From Deferrisomatales bacterium (lineage in GTDB: Bacteria > Desulfobacterota > Deferrisomatia > Deferrisomatales > JACRMM01): DNA of 64,000 bases. A program made the position numbers and the translations under genes. This document shows, piece by piece, positions 29,660-40,703 of this stretch (the stretch's first letter is position 1; every line of letters begins with the position of its first letter). The stretch lies in NCBI GenBank assembly GCA_033551855.1, contig JAWSUI010000001.1, forward strand, positions 160,001 to 224,000, read 5' to 3'. Below the pieces are notes generated by a model. It was not told where the DNA came from, ran no database searches, and saw only the letters and a list, made by a program, of their open reading frames with translations.

Positions 29660-31070
29660 GGGAGACTCCTGGAAGGGGGAACACCACGGCCATCTTCGTT
29701 CCTCCGGGTCCGGTTTCCTTGAGCTCGATCCGACCCCCGTGCCGTTCCATGATCCCCTGGGAGACCGAGAGCCCGAGCCCGGTGCCGTGTCCGACCTCCT
29801 TGGTCGTAAAAAACGGATCGAAGATGCGGCCGCGGTGCTCGGGCGCGATCCCCGGGCCGCTGTCGGCGACCTCTGCAACCACATGGCCGTTCCCGGCAGC
29901 GGTGGTGATCACGATTCGGCCCCCCGGAGGGGTGACGTCCCTGGCGTTGACGAGGAGGTTCAGGAGGACCTCCTCGATCTTCCAGGGCACGATCCGGATC
30001 GGCGGGAGCTCGCCGGGGCGAAAGTCGATGGAATCGCCTTTCGGGGCCGTACCGAGAAGGGTCAACGTGCCTCGGATGACCTCGTTCAAATCCGCATCCA
30101 CCGCGTCGCCTTCCCGGGATCGGGAGACGAACAGGAGCTCCTGGGCGATCTTCGAGGCCCGCTGGAGATTTCGTTCGATGACCGTGAAACGTCTCGGGAT
30201 CGTTTCCGTGTCCGGCTCCCCTGAGAGGTCCCTCTTCAGCAGTTCGACCGAGAGGGAGACGTTGCTCAGCGGGTTGTTGATCTCGTGGGCGATGCCCGAG
30301 GCGAGCCTCCCGAGGGCGTTGATCCTCTCCGACTGCGCGAAGCGCTGCAGCCGTTGCTCGATCGCCACCTGGCGCTCGACGTCGAAGACATGCAGTCCGC
30401 GCATCAAGAAGTGCAGGATCCCCAAGGCGGAGAGGGCCCGGGCCACCTCGACCTGGACCAGGACGGGCAGAGGGGTGCGGGACGGGATCAGCCCGGTGAG
30501 GATGCCGTACAGGACGGTGAACAGGCCTGCCCAGACGAAGTTGTTCGCCCCCTTGCTGCTCAGTGTCCGCACGGTTGCCCCGTAGGCCAGGAAAGCGAGC
30601 CCGGCGGCCACCCCGGCGGGAAATCCCACCAGGTTGCGGATGCGGTAGTTGTGGTGCGCGAGGAAGTCGTGGGCGTACTGCTCTCTCCCGGCCAGCACTG
30701 CCAGCGCGAGAAGACCGAAGAGCAGGGGCGGGACGAGGAAGAGCGGGCGGCGCCATCGGGGGTAGATCCGCGAGAGGAGCAGGATGCCGAAGGACAGAAG
30801 GAAGCAGTACGAGAGCAGAACCGGCCACAGCTTCAAGGACTTGATCCGGAAGAGGAACGGGGCATCCTCGAAGGACTCCTGGAGCAGGAGGTACAGCTCG
30901 AGCCACTCGTGGAAGGCGTGGGTGAAGGCGAAGAGGGCAAACAGCCAGAGCGGCCGGGCGATCGCCTGATTGCTGGCGCGAAGGTCCCGCGCGAAGACCG
31001 CGACCCCCATGGAGAAGAAGACCAGGCCGTAGAGCAGGTACAGGACGAAGACGAACAAAGGGTTCGACAT
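29634..31070 (-). CDS. Membrane sensor histidine kinase (~7 TM helices)
   Basis: Hydrophobic N-terminal half; H-box IAHEINNPL, NLLVNARD, DSGPGI and FFTTKEVGHGTGLGL. Confidence 0.92.
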   Translation of the reverse strand: MSNPLFVFVLYLLYGLVFFSMGVAVFARDLRASNQAIARPLWLFALFAFTHAFHEWLELYLLLQESFEDAPFLFRIKSLKLWPVLLSYCFLLSFGILLLSRIYPRWRRPLFLVPPLLFGLLALAVLAGREQYAHDFLAHHNYRIRNLVGFPAGVAAGLAFLAYGATVRTLSSKGANNFVWAGLFTVLYGILTGLIPSRTPLPVLVQVEVARALSALGILHFLMRGLHVFDVERQVAIEQRLQRFAQSERINALGRLASGIAHEINNPLSNVSLSVELLKRDLSGEPDTETIPRRFTVIERNLQRASKIAQELLFVSRSREGDAVDADLNEVIRGTLTLLGTAPKGDSIDFRPGELPPIRIVPWKIEEVLLNLLVNARDVTPPGGRIVITTAAGNGHVVAEVADSGPGIAPEHRGRIFDPFFTTKEVGHGTGLGLSVSQGIMERHGGRIELKETGPGGTKMAVVFPLPGVSHDEGSAVG

Positions 31071-31445
31071 GGGGTTCCCCCATCGCAGCCCGTCCGATGC
31101 CCGCTTCGGGGCCGGGGCAAGCGGAGCGCTCGACTCTCGGGCAGTTTAGCCGCGCCGGTTTCACGGGCACAAGCCGGGTGTCTTGGGACGCCCGGCCGCG
31201 AGGGTGGACGCCAGGCTCGACCCAGTCGTCGGACGTTGGCACCGACCCAGTCAGAAAGCCGAAAACAGCCTCGGTGCGCGGTGTCGGCCCCTGGTCGCCG
31301 TTCCAGACATCCCCAGTGGGCACTTCAGGTGGGTCCTGGTTTCTCGACACGGGCGTCGAACCCCGTGACGGAGGGCCTGTCGTGTCTCTCCCGCCCCCGG
31401 AAACGTGCCGGTCCCGTCCTGTGTCCTCCCCCAATTCCTGCACCT

Positions 31446-31459
31446 TTGACCTGCGTCAA
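31446..31459. promoter_or_regulatory. FNR/Crp-family-like operator
   Basis: Perfect TTGAC-N4-GTCAA palindrome in the divergent gap between the kinase gene and narC; TTGACA follows at 31487-31492. Confidence 0.6.
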
Positions 31460-31742
31460 TGCCCCCGGGGACATAACGGAGTTCTATTGACACCATTCCG
31501 GCGACCGCTTCGTTGCAGCGGGACGGGAGACGTCGAGGTGGCGAACACTGTTCTTTGTGCTGCGAAGGTTTTGCGACCGGCGAGGTCCGTGCCCCTCGCG
31601 ACCAGCTGCCTCCCGGGGAGAAGCGTTGCGGCGGGAGCGAGGGAACAAAATAAAACGGAGTTCTTGTCTGCGAACCATTCTCATTCACGAGCCGTGTAGG
31701 CGAACGTCCCGGCGGGGCCGGCCAGGGGAGGAGGGAAAGGGG

Positions 31743-32534
31743 ATGACGACGCGAACGGGCTGGAGGTGGGCGCTCACCTTGACGGTCGGCCTCTATGGCC
31801 TGGCAGCTGCGGCGCCGTCGGATGCCGCGGACGCCGCGGCTCTCTACCAGGACCTTTGCGCCGGCTGCCACGGCGACGGGGGGGAGGGGGTGGGTGATCT
31901 TCCGCCCCTCTTCGACGCGGGCGGCGACCTCGACTACGTGGCCGCCTTCATCCGGGACGGGGGCGCCGACATGCCGGCGTTTCCGTACCTGACGGAGGAA
32001 GAGGTGGAGGGCCTGGCCGTGTTCGTGGCCGGGCTCGCGGCCGGAGCGGAAGGGCTGGAGCCCTCTCCTGCGTCGCCGCCTCTGCCCGCCGGCGATCCGG
32101 ACCGGGGCCGGGCTTACTTCACCGGCAGCATCCGGCTGGCCGCAGGGGGTGCTCCCTGTCTGGCGTGTCACGTGGCCGGCAGCCACGGCCCCGTGTCGGG
32201 CGGGACCCTGGGCAGCGATCTCACCGACGTGGCCCGGAGGTTTGGGGGAGCGGCCGGTCTCTTCGGTGTCTTTCGAACCATGCCCTTTCCGCTGATGCGC
32301 GCGAGCTACGCGGGCAAGGCCCTCAGCGAGCAGGAGCGTGCCGACCTGGCGGCGTTCTTCGTGGCGGTGGCCGAAGCCGGCACGACCCCTTCGGGGTGGG
32401 CCGACCGCTTCTGGGTGCCGGCGCTCGCCGGCGCTGCCGTCCTCTTCGCCGTCGTGGCCGTGATCGGCTCCCGGCGCGGGCCGAGCCCGGCCCGCCGGCT
32501 GCGCGAGTCTCTGAAGCCTGGGAGGGCACCATGA
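31743..32534 (+). CDS. narC: Diheme cytochrome c with C-terminal membrane anchor (NarC-like)
   Basis: Signal peptide, CAGCH and CLACH motifs, C-terminal TM helix; its stop overlaps the narG start (ATGA). Confidence 0.78.
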   Translation: MTTRTGWRWALTLTVGLYGLAAAAPSDAADAAALYQDLCAGCHGDGGEGVGDLPPLFDAGGDLDYVAAFIRDGGADMPAFPYLTEEEVEGLAVFVAGLAAGAEGLEPSPASPPLPAGDPDRGRAYFTGSIRLAAGGAPCLACHVAGSHGPVSGGTLGSDLTDVARRFGGAAGLFGVFRTMPFPLMRASYAGKALSEQERADLAAFFVAVAEAGTTPSGWADRFWVPALAGAAVLFAVVAVIGSRRGPSPARRLRESLKPGRAP

Positions 32535-35500
32535 GCCAGTGGATCCGAGAAACAGAGTCCCCGGCGGAGCGCAAGTGGGAAGAGCTCTACCGAAACCGCT
32601 TCGCCCACGACAAGCGGGTGCGCACCACCCACGGCACCAACTGCACCGGGAGCTGCTCCTGGGAGGTGTTCGTCAAGGACGGCATCGTCGCCTGGGAGCT
32701 CCAGTCTACCGACTACCCGAAGCTCGAGGACGGCATCCCCCCCTACGAGCCCCGGGGCTGCCAGCGGGGCTGCAGCTTCTCCTGGTACCTGTACAGCCCC
32801 CTGCGGGTGAAGCACCCCTACGCCCGGGGAGCCCTGATCGACCTCTGGAGGGCAGCACGCCGCGAGCACGCGGACCCAGTGGAGGCCTGGGCCTCGATCA
32901 TGGCGGACCCGGCCAAGCGGTCCCGGTACCAGCAGGCCCGGGGCAAGGGGGGCCTGCGCCGGGTCACCTGGGACGAGGCCCTCGAGCTCGTGGCGGCCTC
33001 GACGGTGCACACCGTCAAGGCCCACGGACCCGACCGGGTGATCGGGTTCTCGCCCATCCCGGCCATGTCCCAGATCAGCTACGCCGCGGGGAGCCGGTTC
33101 CTCACGCTCCTCGGGGGGGTCGCGATGAGCTTCTACGACTGGTACTGCGACCTCCCGAACGCGAGCCCCGAGATCTGGGGCGAGCAGACCGACGTGCACG
33201 AGTCGGCCGACTGGTACAATGCCCGCCACATCGCCGTGCTCGGCTCCAACGTGAGCGTGACGCGGACCCCCGACGCCCACTTCCTCGCCGAGGCTCGACA
33301 CGCCGGTGCCCGGGTCACGGTCTTCGCGCCGGACTTCTCCAGCGTGTCGAAGTTCGCCGACGCCTGGGTTCCGGTGAACCTCGGGCAGGACGGGGCCTTC
33401 TGGATGGCCGTCAACCACGTGATCCTCACCGAGTGCTACGCCCAGCGGCAGGTTCCCTTCTTTCAGGACTACGCCGCCCGGTACACCGACCTGCCGTTCC
33501 TCGTGGAGCTCGAGGCCGGAGAGGACGGGGCCGCGGGTTCGGCGACGCACCAATCGGGCCGCTGCCTCCGGGCGAACCGGCTCCCGGGAGGGGCCGCTCT
33601 CGAGAACGGGGACTGGAAGCTCCTGGTCTGGGACGCCGAGAGCGGCGCCCCCCGCGTCCCCAATGGGACCATCGGGCACCGGTGGGCCAAGGAGAAGGGC
33701 AAGTGGAACTTGAACCTGGAGGATGCGTCGACCGGTGAGCCGATCCGACCCGAGCTCTCCTTTCTGGACCGCCACGACGCCCGCCTCCGCGTGGTGTTCC
33801 ACGACTTCGCCGACGGCGAGGGCCGGGAGCTCGTGCGGCAGGTGCCCGCGCGCTACGTGGAGACACCGGAAGGCCGGGTGGCGGTGGCCACGGTGTTCGA
33901 CCTGACCATGGCCCAGCTCGGGGTGAGTCGGGGTCTGGAAGGGGAGTACCCGGCGAGCTACGACGACGATCTCCCCTACACGCCGGCCTGGCAGGAGAAG
34001 TTCACCGGCATCGGGCGGGACACCGTCATCCGCTTCGCCCGGGAGTGGGCCGAGAACGGCGAGAAGACCCAGGGAAGGAACCTGATCATTATCGGCGCCG
34101 GCGTGAACCAGCGCTACCACAACAATCTGATCTACCGGGCCGCCATCACGTCGCTCCTGCTCACGGGCAGCGTGGGCCGAAACGGCGGCGGGCTCGCCCA
34201 CTACGTGGGGCAGGAGAAGCTGGTGAACCAGGCCTCCTGGGCCGCCATCGCCTTCGCCCAGGACTGGAAGATGGCTCCCCGGCAGCAGAACAGCCCGAGC
34301 TTTCACTACGTCCACTCCGACCAGTGGCGGTACGAGTCCAGCTTCGCCCCGTACGACAGCCTCCCCGCGCCCACCTCGGACCACACGATCGACTACCAGG
34401 TGCGGGCCGTGCGGCAGGGGTGGCTGCCGTTCTTCCCCCAGTTCGACCGGAGCCCCCTGGAGGTGGCGCAGGAGGCCCGGGCCGCCGGGGCGAAGACCGA
34501 CGCCGAGGTGGCCCGGTACGTCGCCGACGCCCTGGCCGCCGGCAGGCTTCGGTTCGCCGTCGAGGACCCGGACGCTCCCTCCTCCTGGCCGAGGCTGTGG
34601 TTTATCTGGCGCGGCAACGCCATCGGCTCCAGCGCGAAGGGCCACGAGTACTTCCTGAAGCACTATCTCGGAACCCACACGAACGCCGTGGCCCGCGAGG
34701 CGGCCGACGGGAGGGTCCACGAGGTGGACGCCTCGACCCCGGCCCCCGTGGGCAAGATGGACCTCGTCGTCGATCTCAACTTCCGGATGGACACCTCGGC
34801 GCTGTATTCCGACATCGTCCTCCCGGCGGCCACCTGGTACGAAAAGGACGACCTCAACACCACCGACATGCACACCTTCATCAACCCCATGCAGGAGGCG
34901 GTGGCGCCGGCGTGGGAGTCGCGCAGCGACTGGGAGATCTTCAAGGCTCTGGCGCGGAAGGTGAGCGAGCTCGCACCCGGCCACCTGCCGGAGCCGCTGG
35001 AGGACGTGGTGATGCTGCCCCTCCAGCACGACACCCCGGACGAGCTGGCCCAGCCGCGGGTGCGGGACTGGAAGACGGGCGAGACCGAGCCCGTCCCGGG
35101 TGTGTCGATGCCCAAGTTCCGGGTGGTCACTCGGGACTACGTGAACCTGTACGAGCGGATGATCAGCCTGGGCCGGTCCGTCGAGGAGAACGGCGTGGCC
35201 GCCCACGGTCTCTCGATCACGGTGGGCGACTTCTATCGGACCCTGGCGGAGCGCCAACCCGCGCGGTCCCGTGATGAAGGGTACCGCGGGCTACCCTCCC
35301 TCGAGGACGCTCGGGAGGTGGCCGAGGCGATCCTCCTGCTCGACCCGGCCTCGAACGGCGAGCTCGCCTGGCGGGCCTTCGAAGTGGAGGGGCACAAGAC
35401 CGGCCTCGCCCTCACCGACCTGGCCGAGGCCACCCGGGCCACCCGGACCTCCTTTGCCGACGTGGTCGTCCAGCCGCGGCGGGTCCTCACCACACCCACC

Positions 35501-36166
35501 TGGTCGGCCCTGATCAACGCCGGCCGCCCCTACGCGCCCTATACCCTCAACGTGGAGCGGGGGGTTCCGTGGCGGACCCTCACCGGGCGGCAGCACGTCT
35601 ACCTGGACCACGACATGTACCTGGCGTGGGGAGAGCACCTGCCGACCTTCAAGCCGCGGCCCGAGCACCACATGGTGGACGACCTCATCCAGACCAAGCT
35701 CCAGGTGGGGGAGAGCCGGGCGCTCAACTACATCACGCCCCACGCCAAGTGGAGCATCCACTCCACCTTCTCGGATAACCTGCGAATGATGACCCTGTCG
35801 CGCGGCGGCTACCCCATGTGGCTCAACGACAAGGAGGCCGCCGAGCTCGGGATCGGGGACAACGACTGGGTCGAGATGTACAACGACCACGGCGTGTACG
35901 TGCAGCGGGCCGCGGTCTCCGCCCGGATTCCCCGGGGGTCGGTCTTCGTCTACCACGCCACGGAGCGCACGGTGGGGGTGCCCATCTCGCCCCTTCGGGG
36001 CAAGCGGGCGGGCATGCACAACTCCGTGGACCGCGTGCGGCTCAAGCCACTCCTGATGAGCGGCGGGTACGCCCAGTTCACCTACGCCTTCAACTACTGG
36101 GGGCCGGTGGGGATCAACCGGGACAACTTCGTCTACGTCCGCCGGATCGACACTCCGAAGTTCTGA
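32531..36166 (+). CDS. narG: Respiratory nitrate reductase alpha subunit
   Basis: THGTNCTGSCSW (FS0), YEPRGCQRG, SFYDWYCDLP and WGEQTDVHES (Asp Mo ligand); no Tat signal. Confidence 0.97.
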   Translation: MSQWIRETESPAERKWEELYRNRFAHDKRVRTTHGTNCTGSCSWEVFVKDGIVAWELQSTDYPKLEDGIPPYEPRGCQRGCSFSWYLYSPLRVKHPYARGALIDLWRAARREHADPVEAWASIMADPAKRSRYQQARGKGGLRRVTWDEALELVAASTVHTVKAHGPDRVIGFSPIPAMSQISYAAGSRFLTLLGGVAMSFYDWYCDLPNASPEIWGEQTDVHESADWYNARHIAVLGSNVSVTRTPDAHFLAEARHAGARVTVFAPDFSSVSKFADAWVPVNLGQDGAFWMAVNHVILTECYAQRQVPFFQDYAARYTDLPFLVELEAGEDGAAGSATHQSGRCLRANRLPGGAALENGDWKLLVWDAESGAPRVPNGTIGHRWAKEKGKWNLNLEDASTGEPIRPELSFLDRHDARLRVVFHDFADGEGRELVRQVPARYVETPEGRVAVATVFDLTMAQLGVSRGLEGEYPASYDDDLPYTPAWQEKFTGIGRDTVIRFAREWAENGEKTQGRNLIIIGAGVNQRYHNNLIYRAAITSLLLTGSVGRNGGGLAHYVGQEKLVNQASWAAIAFAQDWKMAPRQQNSPSFHYVHSDQWRYESSFAPYDSLPAPTSDHTIDYQVRAVRQGWLPFFPQFDRSPLEVAQEARAAGAKTDAEVARYVADALAAGRLRFAVEDPDAPSSWPRLWFIWRGNAIGSSAKGHEYFLKHYLGTHTNAVAREAADGRVHEVDASTPAPVGKMDLVVDLNFRMDTSALYSDIVLPAATWYEKDDLNTTDMHTFINPMQEAVAPAWESRSDWEIFKALARKVSELAPGHLPEPLEDVVMLPLQHDTPDELAQPRVRDWKTGETEPVPGVSMPKFRVVTRDYVNLYERMISLGRSVEENGVAAHGLSITVGDFYRTLAERQPARSRDEGYRGLPSLEDAREVAEAILLLDPASNGELAWRAFEVEGHKTGLALTDLAEATRATRTSFADVVVQPRRVLTTPTWSALINAGRPYAPYTLNVERGVPWRTLTGRQHVYLDHDMYLAWGEHLPTFKPRPEHHMVDDLIQTKLQVGESRALNYITPHAKWSIHSTFSDNLRMMTLSRGGYPMWLNDKEAAELGIGDNDWVEMYNDHGVYVQRAAVSARIPRGSVFVYHATERTVGVPISPLRGKRAGMHNSVDRVRLKPLLMSGGYAQFTYAFNYWGPVGINRDNFVYVRRIDTPKF

Positions 36167-36180
36167 CGAAGGAGAGATTC

Positions 36181-36303
36181 TTGGACGGGATAACGGGATG
36201 TGCGGGATCGGCTGCGGCCATCTCTTGGACTGACGAGAACGGGGTAACCCGAGCCAGTCGGTTCTATGAAGAAACATCCAAGCGTTCCCGTTATCCCATC
36301 TAA
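36181..36303. repeat. Intergenic inverted-repeat element, family B copy 4
   Basis: TTGGACGGGATAACGGGATGTGCGGGAT ... TTCCCGTTATCCCATCTAA, between narG and narH. Confidence 0.75.
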
Positions 36304-36325
36304 TCAACGTCATTTGGAGGCACCC

Positions 36326-37828
<1,503 letters not shown>

Positions 37829-37829
37829 A

Positions 37830-38375
37830 GTGGGCGCCTTCGCCGTTCTCGCCGAGTCCTTCCGGTACCCCGCCCCGGGGCGTCTCGAGAGCCTGCGCTC
37901 CGCCGTGTCGCGGCTCCCGCCGGGAACGGTGCGGGACCGCCTCGAGGCCTTCCTCTCCGACGTCGGCAGCCGTTCCTTGGAAGAATGGGAGGAGCTGTCG
38001 ACGCGAACCCTCGACTTGGAGCTCGCCTCCGCCCCGTACCTGGGCTTTCAGGTCTGGGGGGACAAGTATCAACGGAGCCCGTTTCTGGCAGAGCTCGGGG
38101 TCGCGATGGACCGTGCCGGGATCGACCGGGACGGAGAGCTCCCGGACCACGTCGTGCCGGTCCTGCGGTTCCTGGACGCCTGCGACGCCCCCCCGGAACG
38201 GCTGCTCGAGGTGCTGGGCCCCGCGCTGGAATCCCTGGAGAAGGCCCTGCGGTCGTCGGACCCGGACAACCCCTATCTGCACCTGATCGCCGGAGCGCGG
38301 CGCCAGGCCGAGGAGCGGCCGGCGGCCGCCGTCGCGGGCTCGGGAGCGGTGGATGGCGAAAGGAGGTCCCCATGA
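37830..38375 (+). CDS. narJ: Nitrate reductase Mo-cofactor chaperone
   Basis: RYP, TLDL...PYLG and GELPDHV motifs; lies between narH and narI. Confidence 0.88.
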   Translation: MGAFAVLAESFRYPAPGRLESLRSAVSRLPPGTVRDRLEAFLSDVGSRSLEEWEELSTRTLDLELASAPYLGFQVWGDKYQRSPFLAELGVAMDRAGIDRDGELPDHVVPVLRFLDACDAPPERLLEVLGPALESLEKALRSSDPDNPYLHLIAGARRQAEERPAAAVAGSGAVDGERRSP

Positions 38376-39067
38376 ACGGGAACGCCCTCTGGTTCGTGAT
38401 CTTCCCGTACGCGGCGGTGGTCCTGTGCGTGGGGGTGTCGGTGCTGCGGGCCGTCCAGCGGCCCTCGACCCTCACCAGCCGCACCTCGCAGCTCCTGGAG
38501 CACCGCAAGCTCCTCTGGGGCAGTGTGCCGTTCCACTGGGGGCTGCTCCTCGTGCTGGGCTTCCACTTGTTGGCCCTGCTGGTCCCCCGGGGCGTCGAAG
38601 TGTGGAACGCGGTGCCCCTGCGGCTCTTCCTCCTGGAGGCCACGGGGCTCGCCCTGGCACTGTGGGCGCTGGGCGGCCTGGCGATTCTGTTGTGGCGGCG
38701 GAGCTTCGACCCGAGAATCCGGGTCGTCACCACCCCCATGGATCAAGTGGTTCTTTGGTTCCTGACGGTGTCGATCGTAACGGGCATCCTCACGGCGGTG
38801 CTGTACCGCTACGGGTCGTTCTGGTTCCCCTCGGTGTTCACACCCTACCTCTGGTCCCTCCTCACCCTGCGCCCCCGGCCGGAGCTGGTGGCAGACCTGC
38901 CCTGGGTCGTGAAGCTCCACGTCCTGGCGTTCTTCGCGTTGCTCGCCGTGTTCCCCTTCTCCCGCCTCGTCCACCTCCTCCCGGTCCCCCTGGGATACCT
39001 GACCCGGCCCTGGCAGGTGGTGCTGTGGACGCGGCGACCCGGGGAGGCGGCTGGACCAAGGAGGTAG
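38372..39067 (+). CDS. narI: Nitrate reductase gamma subunit (cytochrome b)
   Basis: FPY, SQLLE, FHWGLLLVLGFH and KLHV...PFSRLVH provide the four heme b His ligands. Confidence 0.95.
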   Translation: MNGNALWFVIFPYAAVVLCVGVSVLRAVQRPSTLTSRTSQLLEHRKLLWGSVPFHWGLLLVLGFHLLALLVPRGVEVWNAVPLRLFLLEATGLALALWALGGLAILLWRRSFDPRIRVVTTPMDQVVLWFLTVSIVTGILTAVLYRYGSFWFPSVFTPYLWSLLTLRPRPELVADLPWVVKLHVLAFFALLAVFPFSRLVHLLPVPLGYLTRPWQVVLWTRRPGEAAGPRR

Positions 39068-39073
39068 GAAACC

Positions 39074-40498
39074 ATGTCCGAACGGGACGTCGCCTTCGCG
39101 AACCCCGGCCGAGGGGGTGCGCTCCTTCGAGATCCCGCGCCTGCAGGCGTGGTGATCCCTGCCAACCCCCACCTGGGGAAGCACCGCCAGCAAGTCCTAT
39201 GGCTCTCGACCATCGGGTTCACGGTCATGTTCGCCGTGTGGCTGATGTTCGGGGTGCTCGGCATTCCGCTTCGCCAGGAGCTCGGGCTCACCCCGGTCCA
39301 GCTCTCCTGGATCTCGGCGGTGGCGATCCTCAACGGGTCGATCTGGCGGCTCCCCTTCGGGATCCTCACGGACCGCGTGGGCGGCCGTCGCGTGTTTGCG
39401 GGCATGCTGCTCCTGACGGCCGTCCCGGCGTTTCTCGTCAGCCGCGCCGACAGCTACACGGAGCTGCTGATCTATGCGTTTCTGGTCGGCCTTTCCGGGA
39501 ATTCCTTCACGGTGGGCATCGCCTGGAACGCGGCGTGGTTCCCGCCCGAGCGCCAGGGCTTCGCCCTCGGGGTCTTCGGGGCCGGGAACGTGGGGGCCTC
39601 GGTCACGAAGTTCATCGGGCCGGCCCTCATCGCCGTGATCCCCGCGGCGGGCTTCCTTGGCGGTGTGGTGCCCGGGGGGTGGCGGTTCATCCCGTTCCTC
39701 TATGGGATCCTGCTGGTCCTCACGGCGGCTGCCCTGTGGCTCTGGACCCCGGCCGAGGACCGGCGCCCGTCGCGGGGCAGGCCGCTCCTGGACATGCTCA
39801 AACCCCTGCGGCACATGGAGGTGTGGCGATTCAGCCTGTACTACGTGGTGGTCTTCGGGGCCTACGTGGCCTTGGCCGCGTGGATCCCCCTGTACTACGT
39901 GGACGTGTTCGGGCTTCCCCTGGCACAGGCGGCTCTTCTCACGACGCTCTACATCTTCCCGGCCAGTCTGCTCCGACCGCTGGGGGGGTGGCTCTCCGAC
40001 CGGTACGGTGCCCGGCACGTGATGTACTGGAGCTTCGGCACCATGCTCGCCGCGTGCTTCGTGCTCTCCATCCCCAACGGGCACATGGTCCTGCAGGTCC
40101 CCACCCGCATCGACCCCTCCGGCACCGTGGAGGCGTTTCGCTTCCACATGACGGTCCCGTGGTTCACCTTCCTGGTGGTCCTCGTAGGGGTCGCGATGGG
40201 CGTCGGAAAAGCCGCGGTCTACAAGTACATTCCCGAGTACTTTCCGCGGGACGTGGGGGCGGTGGGGGGGCTCGTGGGATGCCTCGGCGCCCTCGGCGGG
40301 TTCTTCCTGCCGCCGCTCTTCGCCTACGCGGAGAGGGTGAGCGGGCTTCCCCAGACCACTTGGTTCATCCTCTTCCTGCTCACCCTGGTGAGCCTGGTGT
40401 GGATGCACTTGACCGTCATCCGGATCCTGCAGGACGAGTCACCCCAGCTCAAGGACGCCTTCGAGCACCGGGTAGAGGACGCGACCGAGAGCCCTTAG
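39074..40498 (+). CDS. narK: Nitrate/nitrite MFS transporter (NarK1 type)
   Basis: QGFALGVFGAGNVG, LRPLGGWLSDRYG and GKAAVYKYIPEYFP. Confidence 0.93.
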   Translation: MSERDVAFANPGRGGALLRDPAPAGVVIPANPHLGKHRQQVLWLSTIGFTVMFAVWLMFGVLGIPLRQELGLTPVQLSWISAVAILNGSIWRLPFGILTDRVGGRRVFAGMLLLTAVPAFLVSRADSYTELLIYAFLVGLSGNSFTVGIAWNAAWFPPERQGFALGVFGAGNVGASVTKFIGPALIAVIPAAGFLGGVVPGGWRFIPFLYGILLVLTAAALWLWTPAEDRRPSRGRPLLDMLKPLRHMEVWRFSLYYVVVFGAYVALAAWIPLYYVDVFGLPLAQAALLTTLYIFPASLLRPLGGWLSDRYGARHVMYWSFGTMLAACFVLSIPNGHMVLQVPTRIDPSGTVEAFRFHMTVPWFTFLVVLVGVAMGVGKAAVYKYIPEYFPRDVGAVGGLVGCLGALGGFFLPPLFAYAERVSGLPQTTWFILFLLTLVSLVWMHLTVIRILQDESPQLKDAFEHRVEDATESP

Positions 40499-40504
40499 GG
40501 CCTT

Positions 40505-40683
40505 TTGACGGGATGACAGGATGAACCGGATGAGGCAGACCATGACATGTCGCACTGCTGTCTTCCTGGCGGGTTTGGTTGAGATCCGACGTCCCGGCCG
40601 ATCCTGAACATCCCGCTATCTCGTCCAGGATTCCGTGTCGTTTGGTTTTCTCCATCCATGCACTCCCTCTTATCCGGTCAGAA
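40505..40683. repeat. Intergenic inverted-repeat element, family B copy 5
   Basis: TTGACGGGATGACAGGATGAACCGGAT ... ATCCTGAACATCCCGCTATCTCGTCCA, plus a second right end TTATCCGGTCAGA. Confidence 0.7.
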
Positions 40684-40703
40684 GAACCGTAAAGGAGACA
40701 CCT

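Noticed and set aside
32531..36166. Periplasmic Nar or nitrite oxidoreductase
   Set aside because: There is no Tat signal, and narJ, a four-His narI and narK genes indicate a cytoplasm-facing respiratory Nar. Reaction direction cannot be proven from sequence.
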